Assembly: GCA_030040035.1 (NCBI GenBank)
Contig: JASHUJ010000075.1
Location: 1-60,954, forward strand
DNA length: 60,954 bases
Direction: 5' to 3'
From: Thermoplasmata archaeon
GTDB taxonomy: Archaea; Thermoplasmatota; Thermoplasmata; Lutacidiplasmatales; UBA184
Within the stretch, counting starts at the first letter, position 1. Each line of letters starts with the position of its first letter. This document shows positions 53,703 to 60,954 of this stretch, piece after piece. The position numbers and the translations under genes are program-made. The notes below the pieces were generated by a model. The model saw only the letters and a program-made list of their open reading frames with translations. It searched no databases and had not been told where the DNA came from.

Positions 53703-54346
53703 CCGGAGAGCTCCTCCAACGCCGACTCCTCGGGGGTGCCCGTCACGTCACGCTGGATCGAGAGGATCACGCCGACGAGCACGACCCCGAGGACGTCGAG
53801 AAAGACGACGGTCTCGACGAACAGCGGGAAGGCGTGCGCGTAGAGCGCGCCGGCGTAGACGATGGCGTTCTCTTCCTCGAGATACCCGATGACCTGGACG
53901 AGGGTGTTCGAGCGGGTCGCGAGCATCAAGAGTCCCTGGACGAGGAGCACGAACGGGAGCGCGGCGCCGACCTCGGGGAACCCGGACGCGAACGTCTGCT
54001 GGAACACGAACCACGCGATGATCGCGGCCGCGACGGCCGCGAGCGCGTGACCGGTCACCCGGTTCGCGGCGTGGATCTCGCGGAGGCGCCAGCGGAAGGC
54101 CCGGATCTGGCGGCGCAGGACGTACGGGATCACCAGGGCCCGGATGATGACCGTGAGGGCCGCGAGGACGAGCAGGTCGAGACTCTTCTCGGACCAAGCG
54201 AGCCAGCCCAGGAGAAGAGCGAGCAGCAGGGATTGGAGCGCGATCCCGCCGATCATCGGATCGACGAACGACTCCGACTGGAGGTAGAGGGCGGTGAGCA
54301 GGATGCCGACGCCCACCAGGGCGACGACCTCGGTCGAACCGTCCAT
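53699..54346 (-). CDS. HyfE/NuoK-like small membrane subunit
   Basis: 215 aa, about 6 TM. ATGA-type overlap with the next gene. Position and size match hydrogenase-4 component E. Confidence 0.7.
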   Translation of the reverse strand: MDGSTEVVALVGVGILLTALYLQSESFVDPMIGGIALQSLLLALLLGWLAWSEKSLDLLVLAALTVIIRALVIPYVLRRQIRAFRWRLREIHAANRVTGHALAAVAAAIIAWFVFQQTFASGFPEVGAALPFVLLVQGLLMLATRSNTLVQVIGYLEEENAIVYAGALYAHAFPLFVETVVFLDVLGVVLVGVILSIQRDVTGTPEESALEELSG

Positions 54347-55303
54347 CTAGGCCGCCCCCAGCACCGCGAAGGCGAAGACCGACAGGATCGCGAGGGAGAA
54401 CGACAGGGCGAGGTAGTCCCGGATCTTGAACAGGCGGACCTTCGCGATCGTCGCCTCGATGACCGCGAGGCCGCCCATCAGCGCGAGCAGCTTGGCGAAC
54501 AACACCCCGATGTTGATCGTCGCGTCGAGGAGCGTCGGTTGGGCGAAGAGGCCCCACGGGGCCGCGAAGACGTTCAGGAAGACGGCGCAGAGGAGGAACT
54601 GCTTCATCCAGCCGTTCCAGCGCAGGATGCCGAGCAGCCGGCCCGAGTGCTCGAACAGGCGCCCGTCCTCGAGCATTCCGAATTCCATCAGCCCCGCGCT
54701 CTCCACGGGCAGGCGACCGATCTCGGCCAGGAGCAACAGGAAGAACGCGCCGGTCACGAGGAGGTGCGTTGGGGAGAGATACGCCGAGCTCGAGGAGGTC
54801 AGCAGGTTGTTCGTGACGTACGGGTTGTTCGTCCCGGTGATCACGGCGACCGCGAAGAAGACGACGATGAGGGTCGGCTCGCCGAACGCCGCGAACGACA
54901 CCGTCCGACTGGCCCCGAGGGCGGCGTAGTTACTGCCCGAGTCCAGGGCCGCCAGGAGGGTCAGCGTCCCGGCGAGGGCGAACATCAGCCCGCCGCCCAG
55001 AAAGTCGACGGTGGAGGCGAAGGGGATCGGATACGGGGTGATGATGGGCACGACGATCGAGATGAGCAGGTACGCGCCGAACGCGAGGATCGGGGCGATC
55101 ACGAAGACCGCCGACGAGCCGTCCGGAACCAGGGTGTCCTTCCGCAGATACTTGGCGAGATCGAAGTACGGCTGGAAGATCGAAGGACCCCGTCGGGACT
55201 CGGTCCACGCCTTCCACCGCGCCGACACCCCCGCCAGGAGCGGCGAGAGGAGGAGCACCGTCGCGGCCTGCAGGACGTTGACCGCTTGCTCGGTCGCGTT
55301 CAC
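54347..55303 (-). CDS. NuoH/HycD/HyfC-like membrane subunit
   Basis: GTG at 55303. SPLLAGVSARWKAWTESRRGPSIFQPYFDLAKYLRKD is typical of HycD/NuoH N-termini. Confidence 0.85.
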   Translation of the reverse strand: MNATEQAVNVLQAATVLLLSPLLAGVSARWKAWTESRRGPSIFQPYFDLAKYLRKDTLVPDGSSAVFVIAPILAFGAYLLISIVVPIITPYPIPFASTVDFLGGGLMFALAGTLTLLAALDSGSNYAALGASRTVSFAAFGEPTLIVVFFAVAVITGTNNPYVTNNLLTSSSSAYLSPTHLLVTGAFFLLLLAEIGRLPVESAGLMEFGMLEDGRLFEHSGRLLGILRWNGWMKQFLLCAVFLNVFAAPWGLFAQPTLLDATINIGVLFAKLLALMGGLAVIEATIAKVRLFKIRDYLALSFSLAILSVFAFAVLGAA

Positions 55304-55307
55304 CTTG

Positions 55308-55331
55308 CCTACTCCCCGTTTCGAGAGTAGG
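55308..55331 (-). promoter_or_regulatory. 5'-leader hairpin covering the SD-like GAGUAGG of the complex's first gene
   Basis: CCTACTC (55308-55314) pairs with GAGTAGG (55325-55331), with a 10-nt loop. On the mRNA the purine-rich arm ends 4 nt before the GTG start. Confidence 0.3.
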
Positions 55332-55480
55332 CGTCATTGGCCCGAGGGCGGTTTGCCGGGGGACCCGGCCGGCGGACGCCTCCGCCGACCGTTTAGGAAA
55401 CGCAGCAGTACTTAGGCGTGGCGCTGCGGCTCCCCGAGGGAGCCGAGCGGAACCAGCTTTCCCCCACCCGTCCGAGGGTT

Positions 55481-56143
55481 CTACCGCCCGTCGAGCCCCT
55501 CGACCTCACCGAGCACCGAGATCCTCGCGTCGGTGACTTCCAGGCGACGGATCGAGCCGGTCGGAACCTCTAGCTCCCACATTCCACCCGCGGCCAAGCC
55601 CGCCGCGTGCGCGAGGACCAGCCGGATCGGGACATCGTGCGTCACCGCCACGATCTCGGCACCGTCGTTGCGGAACGCGATCCGGTGCAACGCCCGCAGC
55701 ACCCGATCCGCGGCGGAGCGAACCAGCTCTCCGCCCGGTGGACTGACCTCCGTGGGATCCGAGAGAAACTTCCGGTAGAGGTCGCCGTCCGTTCGCGCCA
55801 CCTCGTCGGGCGTGCGTCCGCTCCACGACCCGTAGTCGAGGTCCCGGAGGTCCGGCTCCACGTTCACGTTGAGCGCGTGCGGCGACGCGATCGCCGCGGC
55901 GGTCTCCTGGGCCCGGGCCAGCGGGCTCGAGCAGATCTCCCGGAGAACGACGTCCCTCAGTCGACCCGCGGCCCGGTCGGCCTCCGCCCTTCCGACTCCG
56001 TCGAGCGAAGGGTTCTCGCGGCCCCGAAATCGCCCTTGCGCGTTGAGCGGTGTGCGTCCGTGCCGCACGAGGTGAACGAGACAGCCCCGGTGCGGCGCAC
56101 GAACCTCGGTCGCATCGCGGGTGGTCATGTCCCCGGCTTCCAA
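55481..56143 (-). CDS. histidine phosphatase family protein (PGM/cobC-like)
   Basis: LVHLVRHGRTPLNAQGRFRGR (RHG motif) ... AVTHDVPIRL. Confidence 0.8.
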   Translation of the reverse strand: MEAGDMTTRDATEVRAPHRGCLVHLVRHGRTPLNAQGRFRGRENPSLDGVGRAEADRAAGRLRDVVLREICSSPLARAQETAAAIASPHALNVNVEPDLRDLDYGSWSGRTPDEVARTDGDLYRKFLSDPTEVSPPGGELVRSAADRVLRALHRIAFRNDGAEIVAVTHDVPIRLVLAHAAGLAAGGMWELEVPTGSIRRLEVTDARISVLGEVEGLDGR

Positions 56144-56446
56144 CGTCGGAGCCCAGAGCCGGTCGCCTCTTCAGCCTGGCCGTCCGCTCCGTCGCGAGGC
56201 GAGGGGCTCCCCCCTATGCTCTCGAGAGCCTACCCGACCGGCAAATCCTAAAGAGACCTCGGCAGAATGGTCGGCCCGGCGATGGGGCTCGCCGGAACTT
56301 CCGCGACGCGGATGATGGCTCCTACGGACGGAACCGATGAGGCCCCCGAGTCCGAGTGCACCGCCGCCCAACTCTAGCGGAGCTCCAGCGAGCGGCGTCC
56401 GTTGCGGACCGCGGCCCGAACGATCCGCCTCCCGAGGAAGCTCCCC

Positions 56447-56992
56447 ATGACTTCGGAGAGCCCCCGGAAGCCCGGTCGGGCGGGCTCGCCCGGTGGGGAC
56501 TTCCCCGCGCATATCGAGGTACGAGATGAGGAAATCCGCGTCGTGGTCGCCGTCGCGATCCAGCGCGAAGGGCGAGTGCTCGTCATCCGGGAGGAGGACG
56601 AACCGGACCATCACGCGTGGGTGTTTCCCCAGGGGTATCCGAAACCGGGCGAGGGCCTCGCCGAGGCCGCCCGACGCGAGGCGTTCGAGGAACTCGGCCT
56701 GGACGTGGAGCTCGACGGGCTGCTCGGGGTGTACGAGGGCTTCTCGGAACCCGGGGTCGAACCCCGAATTCACCGGGTGACCATCTGCTACCGGGCCCAC
56801 CCCGTCCAGAACGCGACGCCCCGGGCGAGTCGCGAGGCGATCGACTCGGCGTGGATCGACCCCGCCTCGATCGCCCCGGCCTCGATGCCCTCGATCCGGC
56901 GCCCGCTCGAGGATCTCCGAGCGAGTTCTCCTGCCGCAGGTCGACGACCCCGGCGCCCGTCCGGCACGGCTCGCCGCGCGGTCACGCCGTGA
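56447..56992 (+). CDS. NUDIX hydrolase
   Basis: Nudix box GYPKPGEGLAEAARREAFEELGL. ATG at 56447 within track ORF 56402..56992. Confidence 0.8.
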   Translation: MTSESPRKPGRAGSPGGDFPAHIEVRDEEIRVVVAVAIQREGRVLVIREEDEPDHHAWVFPQGYPKPGEGLAEAARREAFEELGLDVELDGLLGVYEGFSEPGVEPRIHRVTICYRAHPVQNATPRASREAIDSAWIDPASIAPASMPSIRRPLEDLRASSPAAGRRPRRPSGTARRAVTP

Positions 56993-58496
56993 GCGATGCG
57001 CCCGACTCCGCCGGGCCGAAGACCTGACGGTACAGGTCGAATCCGAAGCCGGTGGGCAGAGGCTCCCCCGGCACGATGCGGAAGGTCCGGTGTCCCTCCG
57101 GGGAACGCTCGGCCCGTAGGAAGAGGGCCCGTTCGGGCTCGATCCGCCGAAGTCGGTCGGCGAGGTCGAAGAAGTGCGTGACCAGCACGACCCGGACGCC
57201 GCCATCCAGGAACGCCCGGAGGACGGTCTCGGCGATCTCCGAACCCTCTCGCTCGTTCGTGGAGGCGAAGGACTCGTTGGCGAGCAGGAGGCTGCCGGGT
57301 CGAAGGTGACCCGCGATCGCGCGCATGCGGTCGAGCTCCTCCTCGAACTTGCCGCTCGTCATCGTCGCATCCTCCTCCCGACGGAAGTGAGTAAAGACCC
57401 CGCGGGGAACGCTCGTCGAGAATCGCCGGGCGGGGACGGACAATCCGGCTTGGGCGAGGAGGACCGCGAGGCCGACGCTGCGCAGGAACGTCGACTTTCC
57501 GCCTTGGTTGGCGCCGGTGATGACCACGAGCGGGCGGGACGCGACGTCGAGATCGTTGGGCACGACCGTCGTTCGTCCGCCGAGCGCCAAGGAGAGGTCG
57601 TACAGACCTTGGGCCGAGAGCCCGAACGGGGACGGATCGAGGGGCTCGGGAACGCAGACCGGCAGGCCGGCGCCGACGAGGCGGGCGTGCAGGTTCGCCC
57701 CGCCGAGATAGAAATCGAGCTCATCGCGCAACTGGGTGAAGAAGGCGTGCAACCGCGCGGTCGATTGCCGCAGGGCCTGCGCGCTCGACGCCACCCCGTG
57801 GTCGCGCAGCTCCGAGAGCGCGCGGCGTCCGGCCTCGTCCCGCTCCCCGAGCTCGAACGAGAAGGGGGACCGCCGGCCGACGAACGGGAGCCGCAGCCAG
57901 CGCCGTCGTTCCTCGGGCGGGCGTCGCAGGGAGTACTCCGAACCGCGGTTGCCCGCTCCGAGACGGAGGGCGAGCAACGTTCCACGAGGGAATCGAAGCT
58001 GGCGGAGGAGGTCCTCGACCGACCGGAAGTACGTCTCGTCGAGGTCCGTCGCCACACCTGAGAACAGGCGCTGGAATCCCTCCGAGCGGAACGCGGCTCC
58101 CTGGGTGACGGCCAGCTCCCGCAGCCGCCGCAGCCTCGGAAGGAGCAGCGCCAGGAGCTTCGTCCCTCGATAGAGGACCGACTCCGGGGACTCCCCGAAC
58201 CCCCAGACCTCCCGCTCGTCGCCGAGGGCCCCGAGCGCGAGCGCCCGGAGTTCGGCCACGGCCGGGGCCCGGGCCAGGCAATCCGCGAAGATCGCCTGCC
58301 GATAACGCACCGTGGCGGGCGGCGGGGGATCCGCGAGCAGTACCGAGCGGGCGACGGTCTGTACGTGATCGTCCCCACCGCCCATCACCGAGAGGGTGGA
58401 CTCGAGTTCGAGGTCCCGGATCAAGGCTGCGTCGAACGGACCCGTCGTTGCCCCCCCGTCGAACTCGCGATCCGGTGCCAGGAGGTGGACTCTCAT
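56982..58496 (-). CDS. MutS-like ABC ATPase, paralogue B (domain V only, no mismatch-binding or nuclease domain)
   Basis: ATGA overlap at 58493-58496. VVITGANQGGKSTFLRSVG, LLLANESFASTN, VLVTHFFDL. It is the 3' part of track ORF 56982..59678. Confidence 0.8.
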   Translation of the reverse strand: MRVHLLAPDREFDGGATTGPFDAALIRDLELESTLSVMGGGDDHVQTVARSVLLADPPPPATVRYRQAIFADCLARAPAVAELRALALGALGDEREVWGFGESPESVLYRGTKLLALLLPRLRRLRELAVTQGAAFRSEGFQRLFSGVATDLDETYFRSVEDLLRQLRFPRGTLLALRLGAGNRGSEYSLRRPPEERRRWLRLPFVGRRSPFSFELGERDEAGRRALSELRDHGVASSAQALRQSTARLHAFFTQLRDELDFYLGGANLHARLVGAGLPVCVPEPLDPSPFGLSAQGLYDLSLALGGRTTVVPNDLDVASRPLVVITGANQGGKSTFLRSVGLAVLLAQAGLSVPARRFSTSVPRGVFTHFRREEDATMTSGKFEEELDRMRAIAGHLRPGSLLLANESFASTNEREGSEIAETVLRAFLDGGVRVVLVTHFFDLADRLRRIEPERALFLRAERSPEGHRTFRIVPGEPLPTGFGFDLYRQVFGPAESGASLTA

Positions 58497-60142
58497 GATC
58501 CGAACCGCTCGCGGAGCGCCTCGTACGTGAGCCCATGCTTGCGGGCGAGGGCGAACGCGTATGCGCGCCCGTCCGCCGGTTGGCGAATGAGCCGGTACGT
58601 TCGTACCGCCGGGTCGTCGGGCCGGACCGTGCTCACGACGCTGACGACCGAGGGCGCGAGCGTGGACAGCTCGTCCAGGAACGTCACGTACACGCACCGC
58701 GCCCCCCGGTCGATCACCCGACGCAGGATCTCCTCTCCGAGGTGCAGCCCGTCCTGTACCGTCGCCGAACCGAACGTCTCGTTCAGCACGAGGACGCTGC
58801 GGGGGGTGGCCCGGTCGAGGATCGCCCGCAATCGGACGAGCTCGTCGAGGAGCTTTCCCCGCAGGTCCGCGACCGCTTCGCCCCGCTCGAAGTGGGTGTA
58901 CACCCGGTCGCAGAGCGCCAGGCGGACCGACTCGCCCGGGACCGGCCCTCCCAACGCGGCCAGGTGGTGGAGCTGCCCGAACATCCGGGCGAACGTCGTC
59001 TTGCCGCCGTTGTTGGGCCCGGTGACGACGAGGATCCGTTCGGTGGCTGAGAGCTGGACGTCGTTCGGGACGATCGGCATCGCTCGCTTCGAAAACTGAA
59101 GGGCGAGCGCGAGGTCGAACGTCGCACGAGCCGACACCTCGATCGTGCCGTCGAGGATCTCCGGGTACGAGCAGATCCGCCCGTCCCCCCGCAGCTTCGC
59201 CACCGCGTCGAGATACGCGAGGAAGAACTGGATCTCCCGGTCCAATCGCGCGACGCCCGGATCGACGAACTCGGGATGGCGGCTCGGGTACTCCCGGAGC
59301 CGGGCGAACTCCCGGGGGAAGAGCAGGGCGACCCGTTCCTGGATCGACTCTTCCACGTGGTTCATCTCCGGGTGGTCCGGGAAGCGGTACCCCTTGTCCG
59401 GAATGGGTTCGTCCCGGAAGCGGCGGAAGGCGCCGTCGATCTCCCGGCCGAGATCCGGATCGTCCGCGAACGGTCGGACGGTGATGCGGTCGCCTTGGAT
59501 CAGCAGGCCGTATCGGACGCGCGACAGCTCGTCCACCAGTTGGCGGGTCTCCGACTCGAGTTGGCGGTAGGCGGGCGAGGATCGATATCCGCGCAGGAAG
59601 GTCGCGGTCGATCGGAACCCGTCCGAAGCGGGCGAGATCCGATCGAGCGCGTCGGAGAGCTCGCGGATGGCGCGGCAATACTGGTCGGCGGCCTCGAGGA
59701 ACCAGCGGGCCCGTTGGAACTCGTTGCGCATCTTGGTCGACCGGTCACGGGCCGCCCGCATCGTGCGCAGCGCGGCCGCGAATCCGTCGGCCGATGCGCG
59801 CACTTCGGGTCGCTCGAGGTCCCGGAAGACCGCCTGACGGTACTGCACGTCCCGAGCCCTCAGGAGGGGGGCCGAGAAGATTCCGAGGAGGTCGTACTCC
59901 TCGCGTCCGGTCGTGATCGTCCTGAACGCCTGGTCGAGGTTGAGATCCGTCAGGACGGTCGCATCGGCCGTCGGGGGGGGCGTGTACGGGGCGGGCCCGA
60001 GGAGGCTCGCCGCTTCGATGGTTCGGTCCCGATCGCCGCGGCCGGGCCCGTCGGACGCGGCGACGGTCGAGCCCCGAGGTGCCGATCCCCGGGGCTCGAG
60101 GTCAGAGGGTTGTGGCCGCGACGTGTCGACCCTCGCGGTCAT
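58493..60142 (-). CDS. MutS-like ABC ATPase, paralogue A (domain V only)
   Basis: LVVTGPNNGGKTTFARMFG, VLVLNETFGSAT, CVYVTFLDELS. The N-terminal ~330 aa is helical. Confidence 0.8.
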   Translation of the reverse strand: MTARVDTSRPQPSDLEPRGSAPRGSTVAASDGPGRGDRDRTIEAASLLGPAPYTPPPTADATVLTDLNLDQAFRTITTGREEYDLLGIFSAPLLRARDVQYRQAVFRDLERPEVRASADGFAAALRTMRAARDRSTKMRNEFQRARWFLEAADQYCRAIRELSDALDRISPASDGFRSTATFLRGYRSSPAYRQLESETRQLVDELSRVRYGLLIQGDRITVRPFADDPDLGREIDGAFRRFRDEPIPDKGYRFPDHPEMNHVEESIQERVALLFPREFARLREYPSRHPEFVDPGVARLDREIQFFLAYLDAVAKLRGDGRICSYPEILDGTIEVSARATFDLALALQFSKRAMPIVPNDVQLSATERILVVTGPNNGGKTTFARMFGQLHHLAALGGPVPGESVRLALCDRVYTHFERGEAVADLRGKLLDELVRLRAILDRATPRSVLVLNETFGSATVQDGLHLGEEILRRVIDRGARCVYVTFLDELSTLAPSVVSVVSTVRPDDPAVRTYRLIRQPADGRAYAFALARKHGLTYEALRERFGS

Positions 60143-60954
60143 GGACCTCCCCGTCGAAGAACCGGCACGCCAGCTCGATCTCCGTGGGGCCGATCGTGAG
60201 CGGGCCGGGGGAACCGGGATGGAAGTATCGCAGCAGGGCCGCCGTCGCGGCGAGCCGGACCGCCCGCTGGCGGAGTCGAGGAGAAAACCGCGGGGCCTCC
60301 GTACGGGACAGCGCGCGCTCTGAGGCCCGGCGCAGGCGGGCGAACAGCCCCGGATCGAGCGAGATCCCCCGCCCGGCGAAGCGGCCCCGCACCAGCGGGT
60401 GGCCGGTCTCGATCGCGTAGACGAGCGTCAGGTGGTCGCGGATCGACTCCGCGGGGGCGAAGTCGAGCTCGCCGAGCTCGAGGCGCTCGGCGCTCGCCTC
60501 GACCGCGCGGAAGCGGGCGCGGGTCATCGGGTGGAAGCGCAGCAGCATCCGGTCCTCGAGGGCGGCGAAGTTGGGGTCGCCGATCGTCGTCCAGTAGTCC
60601 TGGGCACCGGCGGTGCGGACGTTGTAGTTGACGCTGAAGAAGGAGCGGAAGGTGTAGGGGCCGACGGTGCCGAGGGTCGTCTCCCACTTGACCTCGCGCT
60701 GCTCCATGACGAGCTTCAAGGGCTCGACCATGCCGCGATACTTGAACCAGTCATTGAACTCGGGGACGATGAAATTGAACGTGTGGCCGGTGTAGGCGGC
60801 GCCGACCCGGAGGAACTGGGCGGGGGTGATGCCGCCGCAGTAGCGGTTGCGGCCGGGAAGTCCGTGCGGCGGGACGCCGCTGCGGGGATTGCCGCGGACG
60901 AGGTCGTCGATGGAGAAGGTCTTGCCGGTGCCCGGGGGCCCGAAGAGGGCGAGG
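60102..60954 (-). CDS. AAA+ ATPase, MoxR/McrB/MCM-like (5' end outside window)
   Basis: The frame stays open to the window edge. LALFGPPGTGKTF...NFIVPEFNDWFKYRGMVEPLKLVMEQREV...FAALEDRMLLRF...RLRQRAVRLAATAALL (lid-like). The track lists only the part after the first Met (60731). Confidence 0.7.
   Translation of the reverse strand, partial: LALFGPPGTGKTFSIDDLVRGNPRSGVPPHGLPGRNRYCGGITPAQFLRVGAAYTGHTFNFIVPEFNDWFKYRGMVEPLKLVMEQREVKWETTLGTVGPYTFRSFFSVNYNVRTAGAQDYWTTIGDPNFAALEDRMLLRFHPMTRARFRAVEASAERLELGELDFAPAESIRDHLTLVYAIETGHPLVRGRFAGRGISLDPGLFARLRRASERALSRTEAPRFSPRLRQRAVRLAATAALLRYFHPGSPGPLTIGPTEIELACRFFDGEVHDREGRHVAATTL

Noticed and set aside
55428-55444. GGCTCCC-CGA-GGGAGCC hairpin downstream of the histidine phosphatase gene, as a terminator.
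   Set aside because: There is no adjacent oligo-T tract of the kind used by archaeal RNA polymerase, and 7-bp GC stems are expected by chance at this GC content. It was not called as a feature.
1-60954. Scan for CRISPR arrays, IS elements/transposases, integrases, prophage genes, toxin-antitoxin pairs and rRNA/tRNA genes.
   Set aside because: I recognised no direct-repeat/spacer arrays, no terminal inverted repeats flanking a DDE or serine/tyrosine recombinase-like ORF, and no rRNA/tRNA signatures. This was a visual scan only, so short or degenerate elements could have been missed.

Overview
Very GC-rich chromosomal window that looks archaeal (GC not computed). Archaeal markers: geranylgeranyl reductase with its ferredoxin, a LysW-type amino-carrier cluster, a Pcc1-like KEOPS subunit, dodecin, and TTTAAT/TATAAA-type promoter boxes. 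Gene density is high, and many neighbouring genes overlap as ATGA/GTGA stop-start pairs. I found no rRNA, tRNA, CRISPR array, transposase or integrase.

Layout:
- 0.1-9.4 kb: a long minus-strand array. It carries CPBP protease, Pcc1-like, DUF1028, GGR + ferredoxin, TrxR, flavin reductase and an ABC-2 exporter.
- 11.6-12.0 kb: a candidate RNase P RNA.
- 12.1-20.6 kb: an ACT-domain regulator divergent from argG-argH-lysW-lysX-lysY-lysZ-lysJ-lysK.
- 20.5-28.6 kb: transporters and small-molecule genes (pirin, PiT, APC, MFS, ZIP with a divergent regulator, dodecin).
- 28.7-46.9 kb: an accessory-looking stretch. It holds a KaiC/GvpD-like ATPase, a divergent PPTase-like protein, HxlR, a GG-terminated ThiS/MoaD-like protein coupled to a BNR propeller, a ~1300-aa 24-repeat Kelch surface protein, PaaI, and a FAD-oxidoreductase-GNAT fusion. 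It also holds a three-gene operon of kinase-like, coiled-coil and Zn-ribbon membrane proteins, plus DUF2252 and USP.
- 48.2-55.3 kb: a six-gene complex-I/group-4-hydrogenase-like module whose catalytic subunit lacks all NiFe cysteines.
- 57.0-61.0 kb: a coupled operon of an AAA+ ATPase (truncated by the window edge) and two MutS-like paralogues that lack a mismatch-binding domain.

The best candidates for an undescribed system are the AAA+/twin-MutS-like operon, the kinase-like/coiled-coil/Zn-ribbon-receptor operon and the cysteine-less Ehr-type membrane complex. Most long ORFs in the supplied track are high-GC shadow frames and were not called. All family assignments come from motif recognition by eye; no searches were run.
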